From a virus, in the IMG/VR virus record IMGVR_UViG_3300022868_000014, positions 1-64,000 of that record: DNA of 64,000 nt. One strand, written 5' to 3'. The notes under the pieces are model-generated. The model had not been told where the DNA came from. It was given only the letters and a program-made list of their open reading frames with translations, and searched no databases. Made by a program: the position numbers and the translations under genes. Each line of letters begins with the position of its first letter. Within the stretch, counting starts at the first letter, position 1. Of the stretch, positions 9,059 through 16,945 are shown one piece after another.

Positions 9059-9467
9059 GAGCATCAAGCAACTTGGTGTTCGCCTATTTAGAATAGAATA
9101 CTACGATGGCACGGTTATTACTGTGCGCCGTAAGAGCAAGCTAGATAGAGGAAACGACAGAGTATGTGAATATTGTTGTATACCGGACTATGCCCCTAAG
9201 GAGAAGGACGCAGCAGTTTTTGGTACTATTAAATACCACTGCCCGGCATACAATAAACATTACCCAGCGTCTAAGTATCTATGCGATGCAGGTCAACCAC
9301 CTGATGATACCTACCTTGAACTAGTGGACCCACTATACGCAGACTTATTACATGTAAAGGAGAGTAAAGATGGCGATACAACCAATAACGATGAAACTGA
9401 GGGATATAAGAGAGTACAAAGATATACACCTCCAGCTAATAGAAGATCCGGACGGTTGGGTTCTTAA
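9030..9467 (+). CDS. Array unit 21
   Basis: CEYC; DPLYADLLHVKESKD. Confidence 0.85.
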   Translation: MHLPSPAMTKSIKQLGVRLFRIEYYDGTVITVRRKSKLDRGNDRVCEYCCIPDYAPKEKDAAVFGTIKYHCPAYNKHYPASKYLCDAGQPPDDTYLELVDPLYADLLHVKESKDGDTTNNDETEGYKRVQRYTPPANRRSGRLGS

Positions 9468-9471
9468 ATGA
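9370..9471 (+). pseudogene. 5' fragment of interrupted array unit 22
   Basis: Starts at the repeat-defined ATG but stops after 32 codons without a tag. Confidence 0.55.
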
Positions 9472-9605
9472 TCACACAAAAGAACTTCTCAAATTAATAA
9501 AAGCACGGAAAGATAACATCGACAAATGTAAAGCATGTGGGGCTAGATTATGGATTTATGATGGTCCTATATTATGTCTTGAATGTCAGGAGGAGGTAAC
9601 GGAAG

Positions 9606-9824
9606 GTGGAATATAAAGTAGTCAAAGATAAATGTCTGCATGTTACAGTGCAGAATAAAGAAGCAAGAGATACTGAAGATTATATAATTGACAGCAACGA
9701 TAATGTTAAAATTAAAGTCGAAGGTAATAATCTGTATATAGAAGGATTAGATGGGAATTGGTATGTTACAGATAATAACCCAGAACACGCAATCGTAAAC
9801 GGATTTATAGAGGAAGTAAAATGA
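9606..9824 (+). CDS. Hypothetical protein (no tag; inside the inserted block)
   Basis: GTG start with GGAGG upstream; AT-rich. Confidence 0.55.
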   Translation: MEYKVVKDKCLHVTVQNKEARDTEDYIIDSNDNVKIKVEGNNLYIEGLDGNWYVTDNNPEHAIVNGFIEEVK

Positions 9825-10249
9825 ATAAAATAAAACAAGTTATTGTAATGAGGAAGGATCTCAAGATGAGGAAAGGTAAGATGGTGGCCCAGGGTGCACA
9901 CGCTTCTCTAAAAGTATTCTTCGACAAGATGGAAGAAACAGAAGTATGTGAATCCTTAGAAGACGAAAACGGTCAAAGCGAATTTCCTGGGTATGTATTC
10001 ACGGTATCAGAAGCCGAACAGGAATGGATTAAAGGCAAGTTCACTAAGATATGTGTTAGTACAGATTCGGAAGAAGAACTTTTTGAAATAAAAAGAAAGG
10101 CTGAAGAGGTTGGTCTGACCGTCGCACTAATTATTGATTCGGGATTAACTGAATTTAATGGTGTTCTAACACCTACCTGCCTAGCTATTGGACCAGATTA
10201 TGCAGATAAAATAGATCCGATTACTAGCGATCTTAAATTGCTCTGGTGA
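9821..10249 (+). CDS. pth2: Peptidyl-tRNA hydrolase, Pth2 family
   Basis: KQVIVMRKDLKMRKGKMVAQGAHA, KICV, IDSGLTEF, TCLAIGP, C-terminal LKLL. Confidence 0.92.
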   Translation: MNKIKQVIVMRKDLKMRKGKMVAQGAHASLKVFFDKMEETEVCESLEDENGQSEFPGYVFTVSEAEQEWIKGKFTKICVSTDSEEELFEIKRKAEEVGLTVALIIDSGLTEFNGVLTPTCLAIGPDYADKIDPITSDLKLLW

Positions 10250-10394
10250 GTTAAATCGGGAACTCTAATAAATTTGCATTTTAACTCAGACTCGATTCTT
10301 TGTTGTCTGGAAGCAGTATTCGACTGGGCAGTACTTATGTTGATAGGAGACCCACTATGTGCAGACCTATTAAAGGTTAAGGAGCTAACCAATG
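10250..10394 (+). pseudogene. 3' remnant of array unit 22 with degenerate tag
   Basis: No convincing start; ...GDPLCADLLKVKELTN (Y->C). Confidence 0.55.
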
Positions 10395-10733
10395 AAAAAG
10401 AAGATAATAAATTGGACACCTGAACTAATCAGGAAGGTTATGTTCCATTGTCACTTTAAGAACGTGGATGGAACATGGTTAAACCCTACCGAGAAGCGTG
10501 ATGTTTCAGCATGCGGTGGGTGCCCTGTCTACACTAGAGAGGAGCTCTGTGATGTCAGAGTATCCTCATATTTAAAGGAAGGGGCCACCTCTGCGCTGGG
10601 CCAGGATGACGATGAGGAATGGAAGGAGGTCTTGGATGAGGGGGTGGAGCGTATGATGAAGACTTTCCTGGATCCAGTATACATGGACCTGCTTAAAGTA
10701 AAGGAGATAAGCAATGGAACCATTGAAGAGTAA
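10392..10733 (+). CDS. Array unit 23
   Basis: NWTPELI..CGGCP; DPVYMDLLKVKEISN. Confidence 0.85.
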   Translation: MKKKIINWTPELIRKVMFHCHFKNVDGTWLNPTEKRDVSACGGCPVYTREELCDVRVSSYLKEGATSALGQDDDEEWKEVLDEGVERMMKTFLDPVYMDLLKVKEISNGTIEE

Positions 10734-11019
10734 ATATATAAACCCACAAGACCTTAAAGAAGGTTTAGAGAGATGCGTACTTCGCAGCAAAGAACCCGGT
10801 GAAGAGTGTAGCGAATGCCCTCTGTTCGAACCTGGTGATAGGTGTGTCAACTGGTGTAAATGCATAAGGGTTGATGAACACAAACTGCCTGAGGGCTCTT
10901 GGGTAAGCTTTATAATAAAGCATAAGGATGAAATACTCCGGAACGCAATAGAGCAGTACTCGGATCCATTATATGCAGATCTACTTAAAGTAAAGGAGCT
11001 AAGCGATGAGCAGTCTTAA
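10714..11019 (+). CDS. Array unit 24
   Basis: CSECP; DPLYADLLKVKELSD. Confidence 0.85.
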   Translation: MEPLKSKYINPQDLKEGLERCVLRSKEPGEECSECPLFEPGDRCVNWCKCIRVDEHKLPEGSWVSFIIKHKDEILRNAIEQYSDPLYADLLKVKELSDEQS

Positions 11020-11200
11020 ATCAACTTGTAAGAGGTGCCGTAAGCTGATGCGTACTTGTGATGGTGAATGGGACTTTACGAAGGGTAACAGCCCCTTGAA
11101 GTGCAAAACGTACATACCACGCTATGTCAGTGACCCACTATACAGAGACTTATTAACATTAAAGGAGATATGCGATGGAGGAGACAATAAGACTAATTGA
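11006..11200 (+). CDS. Array unit 25
   Basis: CKRC; DPLYRDLLTLKEICD. Confidence 0.85.
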   Translation: MSSLKSTCKRCRKLMRTCDGEWDFTKGNSPLKCKTYIPRYVSDPLYRDLLTLKEICDGGDNKTN

Positions 11201-11495
11201 ATACTCTGCTGAGGTTGTTAAGCCTAATAAGGTATACCTTATAAGAGCACAAGGAGGGCGGTCATATATGTTTAAAAAGGTATCAATTAAAGCTAAGGAG
11301 CACATTTGCCATACCTGTGCATTAAGCAAGCCTCCTCTATCCGCGGGGAATGTCGCATGCCCTCGGTTTAAGAACAACCATAGAGTATGCGGATACGGTA
11401 GTCATACACACCTACAGCTTATAGATCCTCTATACCAGGACCTACTACACGTTAAGGAGCTGAGCGATGAAGAAACAAATACAACTAACACCTAA
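11175..11495 (+). CDS. Array unit 26
   Basis: CHTC; DPLYQDLLHVKELSD. Confidence 0.85.
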   Translation: MEETIRLIEYSAEVVKPNKVYLIRAQGGRSYMFKKVSIKAKEHICHTCALSKPPLSAGNVACPRFKNNHRVCGYGSHTHLQLIDPLYQDLLHVKELSDEETNTTNT

Positions 11496-11805
11496 GATGA
11501 TTAGGGATACAGTATACCACTGTCTTGCTGATGGGGGCTGTAAGGGCTGTGGTAGTGGGTGTCCCATATATAATGGAGGCATAACACCTACTTGCACATC
11601 GGTTATATGTTTTACAGACTACCCCGCATGGTCCGCTGATGCCTTAGTGAAAGCTAAGAACAAGGAGCAATTAATAAAAGAGATCATAGAAGACAAGTGT
11701 GACGGTTTATACGTAGACCTACTTAAACTAAAGGAGCTAACAGATGACGAAAACATTGTCAGGAGTTACAATAAGACGGACCGAGACGATCCGCAAGATC
11801 GGTAG
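11467..11805 (+). CDS. Array unit 27
   Basis: CKGC..GCP; IIEDKCDGLYVDLLKLKELTD. Confidence 0.85.
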   Translation: MKKQIQLTPKMIRDTVYHCLADGGCKGCGSGCPIYNGGITPTCTSVICFTDYPAWSADALVKAKNKEQLIKEIIEDKCDGLYVDLLKLKELTDDENIVRSYNKTDRDDPQDR

Positions 11806-12052
11806 CCTGCTACGAAAGGCATCAAGGGATGCCAAGGAAAGGCAGGGCAACCATGCACCCAGCCCTAGAGGGGCATTTAAAGGTAAAGCAGCTGAGGACA
11901 TAGCTGAAGAGCTCGGAATCAGTGCCTCATCTGGGGAACGCATAGTGAGAGTACTCAAGAGTGGTAGGAAGGGTCTTATCAGAAGTATGAGCTCTGGGGA
12001 TATAACTGCAAATATTGCGGTTCAGGAGCTACTCAAAAAGCAGGTTAAATGA
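11744..12052 (+). CDS. Basic helix-turn-helix protein closing the array
   Basis: AEDIAEELGISASSGERI HTH-like; starts at the last repeat ATG; no tag. Confidence 0.65.
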   Translation: MTKTLSGVTIRRTETIRKIGSLLRKASRDAKERQGNHAPSPRGAFKGKAAEDIAEELGISASSGERIVRVLKSGRKGLIRSMSSGDITANIAVQELLKKQVK

Positions 12053-12066
12053 ACGCATAATTATGG

Positions 12067-12092
12067 CATTATATACTAGAACGAAAGTTCTA
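12067..12092 (+). promoter_or_regulatory. Repeated TATA-like + hairpin element, copy 2
   Basis: CATTATATACTAGAACGAAAGTTCTA; perfect TAGAAC/GTTCTA stem, GAAA loop. Confidence 0.55.
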
Positions 12093-12241
12093 CTAGCTAT
12101 ATTTTTAGCACATAACGGAGAGGGTATACATAAAGCCACACATATCAGGGCCGCTGCAGAGCGCTGATTGGTATGTTTATTGTATGACCTCAGAGTGAGT
12201 AACAATGAACAACTAACAGAGCCTTATGGAGGAGGCACAAG

Positions 12242-12268
12242 AAATCAGATCTAAATCAGATCTAAATC
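12242..12268. repeat. 11-bp tandem repeat AAATCAGATCT x~2.5
   Basis: Direct reading; intergenic. Confidence 0.8.
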
Positions 12269-12304
12269 CGAATGAAACAACAATGAAATAATGAGGTAAT
12301 TAGT

Positions 12305-13528
12305 ATGAGTAAAAAACAAAACAAGAGAAGTAGTATCGCCGCGAAAACCCACACTGGTAACACTAGTCACTACACCCCGACAAAGCATGATATCTCCAAG
12401 GAGTTTATAGACTCCTTGCGCATCGATCTCTATGTAGATAACTCGGGTGGACCTGGAAGATACACAACAAAGAACTCGGATGTATCTGTGACTACAGAAT
12501 GCACCTGTATGCATGTGGCCAAGAAGGGTATCGTATGTATTGTGTATGAGCTCATCGGGAAGACATTCACGTCTTTGAGGGGCTTCCTGGGTCTCGCAGA
12601 GAACGTTACCCTGCTTAATGAGGATAGCAGCACATCTGCTCAGGACCTCAAAGGTAAGGTCCCCTCTTCAACCAAGATCTTCACATACACCGATATGAAG
12701 ACTCTGTGTACGAAAGAGGGCATAGCCAAGGTTGCTAACATGAAGCAGTTTATGACTGACTATCCTTATGGTAAGGGTATGATTCATTTCTGTGCGGGAC
12801 ATGATAAGCGCCACCTTGAGGAACACGGCATGATCGAGAACGAGGTGCTTATAGATTTTGTTAAGCACGCTCGGGGTCTAGGCTTCAATGTTCACCTTAA
12901 AGCACTAGAAGGCGTTACTGGTTCGAAAACAACAACAGGCGGCTGGACATTCGTAACATGGGGTTTACCAGCTACAGTAAATGTACCGGGTTGGCACAAT
13001 ATTAAGTCAGCTGATGGGTTGGCTTTGTATAATGATATCGTGCGTCCCAGTAATAGCCACAATATAAAAAGAGCTAAGGAAAATGCATCGGAGGCTGTAG
13101 CGTTAATTAGGTTCAACGCTCTTTATACTGTTTTCCAGAAAGCATATGACGATGGCTGTTCTTATAGAGAGGCTGTACAAATTACAGCGCATGCAGCTAG
13201 ATGTACAGTCGGGAGTGTGAGTGGCGAACAGTGTAGGGTATTTAATCATGCCAGTGACGAGGCATTACGTGCAGCATTGAGTGGAGAGGGAGTTCGTGGA
13301 GCCACCGTCCTCCTCAAAAAAGGCCGTTCAACGAATGCAAGTCGTTTTTATAGTAGAGGCAGAGGTAAAGGAGCCGGACATTCTATGGTGAGGACCGCTA
13401 AAGGCTCAAAGATCACTGCTGCTGTTATGGGTATGAATCCCCATAAGGAACTGGCAGACACTGTAACCAAAAAGGCTACAGAGCTCATCCAGTTGGCTGA
13501 GGAGCTGAAGGCATCAGCTGCTGAGTAG
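12305..13528 (+). CDS. Hypothetical protein (407 aa)
   Basis: GAGGT SD; long ORF; no motif recognised. Confidence 0.75.
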   Translation: MSKKQNKRSSIAAKTHTGNTSHYTPTKHDISKEFIDSLRIDLYVDNSGGPGRYTTKNSDVSVTTECTCMHVAKKGIVCIVYELIGKTFTSLRGFLGLAENVTLLNEDSSTSAQDLKGKVPSSTKIFTYTDMKTLCTKEGIAKVANMKQFMTDYPYGKGMIHFCAGHDKRHLEEHGMIENEVLIDFVKHARGLGFNVHLKALEGVTGSKTTTGGWTFVTWGLPATVNVPGWHNIKSADGLALYNDIVRPSNSHNIKRAKENASEAVALIRFNALYTVFQKAYDDGCSYREAVQITAHAARCTVGSVSGEQCRVFNHASDEALRAALSGEGVRGATVLLKKGRSTNASRFYSRGRGKGAGHSMVRTAKGSKITAAVMGMNPHKELADTVTKKATELIQLAEELKASAAE

Positions 13529-13533
13529 GTGAT

Positions 13534-13561
13534 ATAACAGCCGGTCCTTCGGGGCCGGCTT
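13534..13561 (+). terminator. UUCG-loop hairpin, terminator-like, copy 1
   Basis: ATAACAGCCGGTCCTTCGGGGCCGGCTT; identical to 14996..15023; short T tract. Confidence 0.65.
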
Positions 13562-13581
13562 ACTAGCTAAAGGAGGCCGGT

Positions 13582-13929
13582 GTGCAGAAGAAGAAATACT
13601 TAATAGGGGATGCTGCCAGGCTGGCCGTGTTAGCTGTACAGTTGGACGATGACTGGAAGATGATGGATGGGAGGGGAGTATCCTTTGGAAAACGCCCCCC
13701 TGTTTCACGTTGGAACGTCAGGATCTTTATAAGCAAGAAGAATGGCGCTGAGGATCCCAGCACATGTCTACATGAGTGCGGTTACTGCGGCGCTGTTTAT
13801 GAGGGCTTTAGACCCCCCTCGATAATAGCATCCCTGAAACGTTCAGTATATAGGTGCACTATATGTGCGGAATGTGACGGTATAATGTGGTCACATAAAA
13901 TGAGGGGTGTAATATTAGACCAGGATTAA
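13582..13929 (+). CDS. Zinc-ribbon protein
   Basis: AAGGAGG SD, GTG start; CGYCG...CAEC. Confidence 0.65.
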   Translation: MQKKKYLIGDAARLAVLAVQLDDDWKMMDGRGVSFGKRPPVSRWNVRIFISKKNGAEDPSTCLHECGYCGAVYEGFRPPSIIASLKRSVYRCTICAECDGIMWSHKMRGVILDQD

Positions 13930-13944
13930 CTAAAGGAGAATGAT

Positions 13945-14466
13945 ATGGGTAGAGGTAGAAGAAATGAAGCACAGAAGGCAGCCATGAAGGAGGATTATAA
14001 GATCCTACACAAAGCAGCCCAGAGTGCTATCGATGGCCTGGGTACTGTAAAACAGATGGCCGAGATGTACGGAAAGCCACCCGGAAGGGTGACGGCTATG
14101 AAGCAGGTACTAACAGACCCTTATAGCTCCTCAGCATTAATGATAGCAGTCACAGCTGGGCTGTACGCGTTAGATTCGGCTTTACATGATATTCGTATCG
14201 AAAGAATAAGGCAGGAAGGTAAAGTAGCTATGCATGAAAGGGAACTGGCTGATATAGAGAAAACCACTTATGCAAGAGCCTACAATGATGGCCTTATGCG
14301 TTACGAAGGTGATCCTGTAGAGTTAGGGGATTTGACAGATTCGTTATATGTTTATTTGGAGGGCTTCGATATTGAGGCTAAGGTGGCCCCCTTAACATTC
14401 AAGGATGTTATCAAGTTCCGTAAAGACGTTAATAACCTCATAGACCACGTGGCCACAAAGGGATGA
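13945..14466 (+). CDS. Hypothetical protein, possible HTH
   Basis: AAGGAG SD; VKQMAEMYGKPPGRV. Confidence 0.7.
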   Translation: MGRGRRNEAQKAAMKEDYKILHKAAQSAIDGLGTVKQMAEMYGKPPGRVTAMKQVLTDPYSSSALMIAVTAGLYALDSALHDIRIERIRQEGKVAMHERELADIEKTTYARAYNDGLMRYEGDPVELGDLTDSLYVYLEGFDIEAKVAPLTFKDVIKFRKDVNNLIDHVATKG

Positions 14467-14507
14467 GGCACTATTATCATTAATTAAGCCACAATAAAAG
14501 GAGCCTT

Positions 14508-14993
14508 ATGGATACTATAAGAGTAAATGAATATGTACAACGAACTAGAAGGGTATACCAAACGGTTTCCCGTCCTGTAAAGGTCGTTAAGGATCGCAAG
14601 GTAATTGCACTCCTTGAGAAGTCTATACCCAAGACAATGGAACGTAACTATGCTGAGATAAATAACTTTAGGGTTGCACTTGTAAAGAACGCTAAGTCCA
14701 GGGATGGCTATTGTGCATATACGCAGTATAGAGTGTATGAGCCTAAGGAGTACAAGAGTACTGATAAAGGATGGAATAGGCCCGCTGATAGGATCCCGTT
14801 GGACTGTTTCCTCCCGGGTAAGACAAGTAACTGGCATAAGCATGATGATTGCCCGACACTTTATGCATTCTACCGACAGTTTTACAGGTTGGCACTTAAG
14901 GAAGGGTCCCTGTATACAATAAAGAAGGAACTGCCCAAAAAGCTACTTGACCAGGTTATGATTAAGGCATTGGACATGAAGCTTGCCAGATAA
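14508..14993 (+). CDS. Hypothetical basic protein
   Basis: AAGGAG SD. Confidence 0.7.
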   Translation: MDTIRVNEYVQRTRRVYQTVSRPVKVVKDRKVIALLEKSIPKTMERNYAEINNFRVALVKNAKSRDGYCAYTQYRVYEPKEYKSTDKGWNRPADRIPLDCFLPGKTSNWHKHDDCPTLYAFYRQFYRLALKEGSLYTIKKELPKKLLDQVMIKALDMKLAR

Positions 14994-14995
14994 CA

Positions 14996-15041
14996 ATAAC
15001 AGCCGGTCCTTCGGGGCCGGCTTAACCCTCTCCTTTTTTTT
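14996..15041 (+). terminator. UUCG-loop hairpin, copy 2, with downstream T tract
   Basis: 28 nt identical to 13534..13561. Confidence 0.7.
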
Positions 15042-15100
15042 TCGCTATTAGCTGGTTTTAGTACTATATTAAGGTATTAAATTTATTAGGAGAATATGAA

Positions 15101-15367
15101 ATGGGTGATGAAGAACTGAATATTGATATTGAGGAACGCTATAAGCTATGCACCAAGTGCCTTGAGAAGGAGTACAAACCTGGTGGATCCCATTGCCTTA
15201 TGGTTATCAAGAAGAGGATTGAACTAGCCGACGGAACTACTAAGTGGCTTAACCCTTTCTACATTGAGAAGCATGCTCGCCTTGTACAACCACTCAAGGA
15301 TGATGTATGCACAAACTGTAAATTCAAGGAAGAACATGAAATGAGGGAGTTTGTAAGCAACCTATGA
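15101..15367 (+). CDS. Small Cys-containing protein
   Basis: CTKC...C...CTNC. Confidence 0.65.
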   Translation: MGDEELNIDIEERYKLCTKCLEKEYKPGGSHCLMVIKKRIELADGTTKWLNPFYIEKHARLVQPLKDDVCTNCKFKEEHEMREFVSNL

Positions 15368-16467
15368 GCACACTAGCAGATAAATTAAAGAAGGCAGCAA
15401 TGGATGTAAATATCGAAAAGGGTGATATATTATTAGGTGGTCGTTTTAAGAACCAACGTGAAGTAGTTAAAGAAATAGGCATAGATGAACTAGGCCAACC
15501 CACAGTAAACGGTAAGAAGCTATTGAGCTTTAGAATTGAAAAGGATCTACCTAAGGATAAACAAAGCAGGAAAACAAGAGATATGAATAAAGAAGCAGTT
15601 TGGCCTTTTTCTTCGGATAAAGATACGACGGGATGGTTAGCCGAGAGAGCTACGCTGGTTAACCGGGCTGACAAAGGAGACAAAGAAGCTATAGCGGAGC
15701 TGGATAGACTTGATTGGGAAACAGGGGCTCCTAGTTATGATAAAGGAGGCAAGACCTCACATGATGGTCTCTATAACAGTTTACTTAAATCTGTAAAGTC
15801 TGACCCAAGATTTACGGTGGAGAAAAAAGCAATGAATATTAAACAGAAAGGATACCTAGAGGGATACACACAGAAGGAAGCCGTATGCCAACGCCTCACC
15901 GAGGAAGAACGCAACGACCCTTCTGTACGTAGTCGTATGGACCGCGAGAAGGAGCTTATTGAAGAAGACTTCGCCGAAGCACGTAAGCAGCGTGACCTAA
16001 GGCTAGCCTCTAAAGAACCCCTACATAAGGGTGCTGCAGAGGATGATAAGCCAAACATGTGGGCCAATATGACACCAGAGCAACAGAAGTACCACAATGA
16101 ACTGTTGATGGAAAGAATAGGGCTACAGAATGATCCACGTAACAGAGCTGCCAATATTGTGGCAGGGCAATCTAATGTTCCTAAGTTAGATCCTAATGAA
16201 ATTAAAGACCGTGTAGATGCTAATAGTGTTAACTACCAATCTACAGAGAATCATAACCAGACAGCGAACCGCTTATGGGGTGAGGGCTTTAATAGTGCGC
16301 CACATATGAGGGATGATTCAGTAATGCCACAGTTCGCTAAGCAACTAGGTACTATGGGACCAATGAAGAGTCTGGCAGGCAAACTCAAAGGCGGCATTAA
16401 GTCAATGTCAGGGCCAGCTAAGCCAACTAAATTATCAGAAAAGCTAAACACAGCTAAAGGAGAATAA
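15364..16467 (+). CDS. Putative virion protein with several KxA-delimited modules
   Basis: LKKAA, NKEAV, EKKAM, internal GYLEGYTQKEA, HKGAA. Confidence 0.65.
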   Translation: MSTLADKLKKAAMDVNIEKGDILLGGRFKNQREVVKEIGIDELGQPTVNGKKLLSFRIEKDLPKDKQSRKTRDMNKEAVWPFSSDKDTTGWLAERATLVNRADKGDKEAIAELDRLDWETGAPSYDKGGKTSHDGLYNSLLKSVKSDPRFTVEKKAMNIKQKGYLEGYTQKEAVCQRLTEEERNDPSVRSRMDREKELIEEDFAEARKQRDLRLASKEPLHKGAAEDDKPNMWANMTPEQQKYHNELLMERIGLQNDPRNRAANIVAGQSNVPKLDPNEIKDRVDANSVNYQSTENHNQTANRLWGEGFNSAPHMRDDSVMPQFAKQLGTMGPMKSLAGKLKGGIKSMSGPAKPTKLSEKLNTAKGE

Positions 16468-16468
16468 T

Positions 16469-16936
16469 ATGAATAATAGTTATTACAAAGGGTATACAAT
16501 CGGTTACCTTACAAAGAAAGCAGCGATCGGTGGAGCCATGTCGGCACCACCAGCAGTAGCACCACCACCTCCAGCACCCGCTGCGCAGATGGCACCACCG
16601 GATATGGCAGCACCACAAGGTTTACCCGCGGTACCAACGGGGCTTAATGGGGAAGGAACCCCAGCAGGACCAGGGGCACCCGGAGTACCAGCACCAGGAG
16701 CAGGAGCACCAGGAATACCAAATGAATTAGGTGCAGGACCTGTAGATCCTATGGTACAGGCCAGAGAAGGCATCGAACAGCAGGTTGCACAGAACGAGCA
16801 AGAAACTGAAATGATGGCTCTGGATAACCAGTTACAAGGGTCGACCTTGAAGAAAGACAAAGAACAAGATAAAGCCGATGCGCTACAGGCTCAGATTGCT
16901 GAACGTGCCCAAGGCGTAACAGCTCAACCACGGTAG
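16469..16936 (+). CDS. Putative virion protein, GYxxGYxxKxA leader, Pro/Ala-rich
   Basis: MNNSYYKGYTIGYLTKKAA. Confidence 0.75.
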   Translation: MNNSYYKGYTIGYLTKKAAIGGAMSAPPAVAPPPPAPAAQMAPPDMAAPQGLPAVPTGLNGEGTPAGPGAPGVPAPGAGAPGIPNELGAGPVDPMVQAREGIEQQVAQNEQETEMMALDNQLQGSTLKKDKEQDKADALQAQIAERAQGVTAQPR

Positions 16937-16945
16937 GAGTATACT

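Larger units (their letters stand above)
3706..11746 (+). repeat. 27 dispersed copies of a ~46-nt coding repeat, consensus GACCCACTATACnnnGACCTAYTAAAAGTAAAGGAGCTAACAGATG
   Basis: Copies start at 3706, 3968, 4236, 4465, 4733, 5004, 5287, 5570, 5931, 6274, 6563, 6819, 7117, 7379, 7614, 7906, 8210, 8460, 8734, 8987, 9327, 10349, 10671, 10963, 11132, 11424, 11701. Each encodes DPLYxDLLKVKELxD and contains AAGGAG plus the next start codon. Confidence 0.95.

Noticed and set aside
10211-10249. Pth2 C-terminus IDPITSDLKLL resembling the DPLY tag
   Set aside because: This is the ordinary conserved Pth2 ending; it lacks the Tyr and the KE/SD part
9469-10349. TGA readthrough or alternative genetic code (frames stay open after TGA at 9469 and 10247)
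   Set aside because: All long genes are intact in the standard code, TGA ends many coupled genes, and Pth2 ends at its normal family C-terminus; insertion junctions explain it better
3706-11746. Repeat array as a CRISPR array
   Set aside because: Intervening segments are >120-nt open reading frames, repeats vary at silent codon positions, and no cas genes are visible
3706-11746. Repeat array as integron attC cassettes or a diversity-generating retroelement
   Set aside because: Repeats are not palindromic and lie inside coding sequence; no integrase, reverse transcriptase or adenine-specific TR/VR pair is seen in the window
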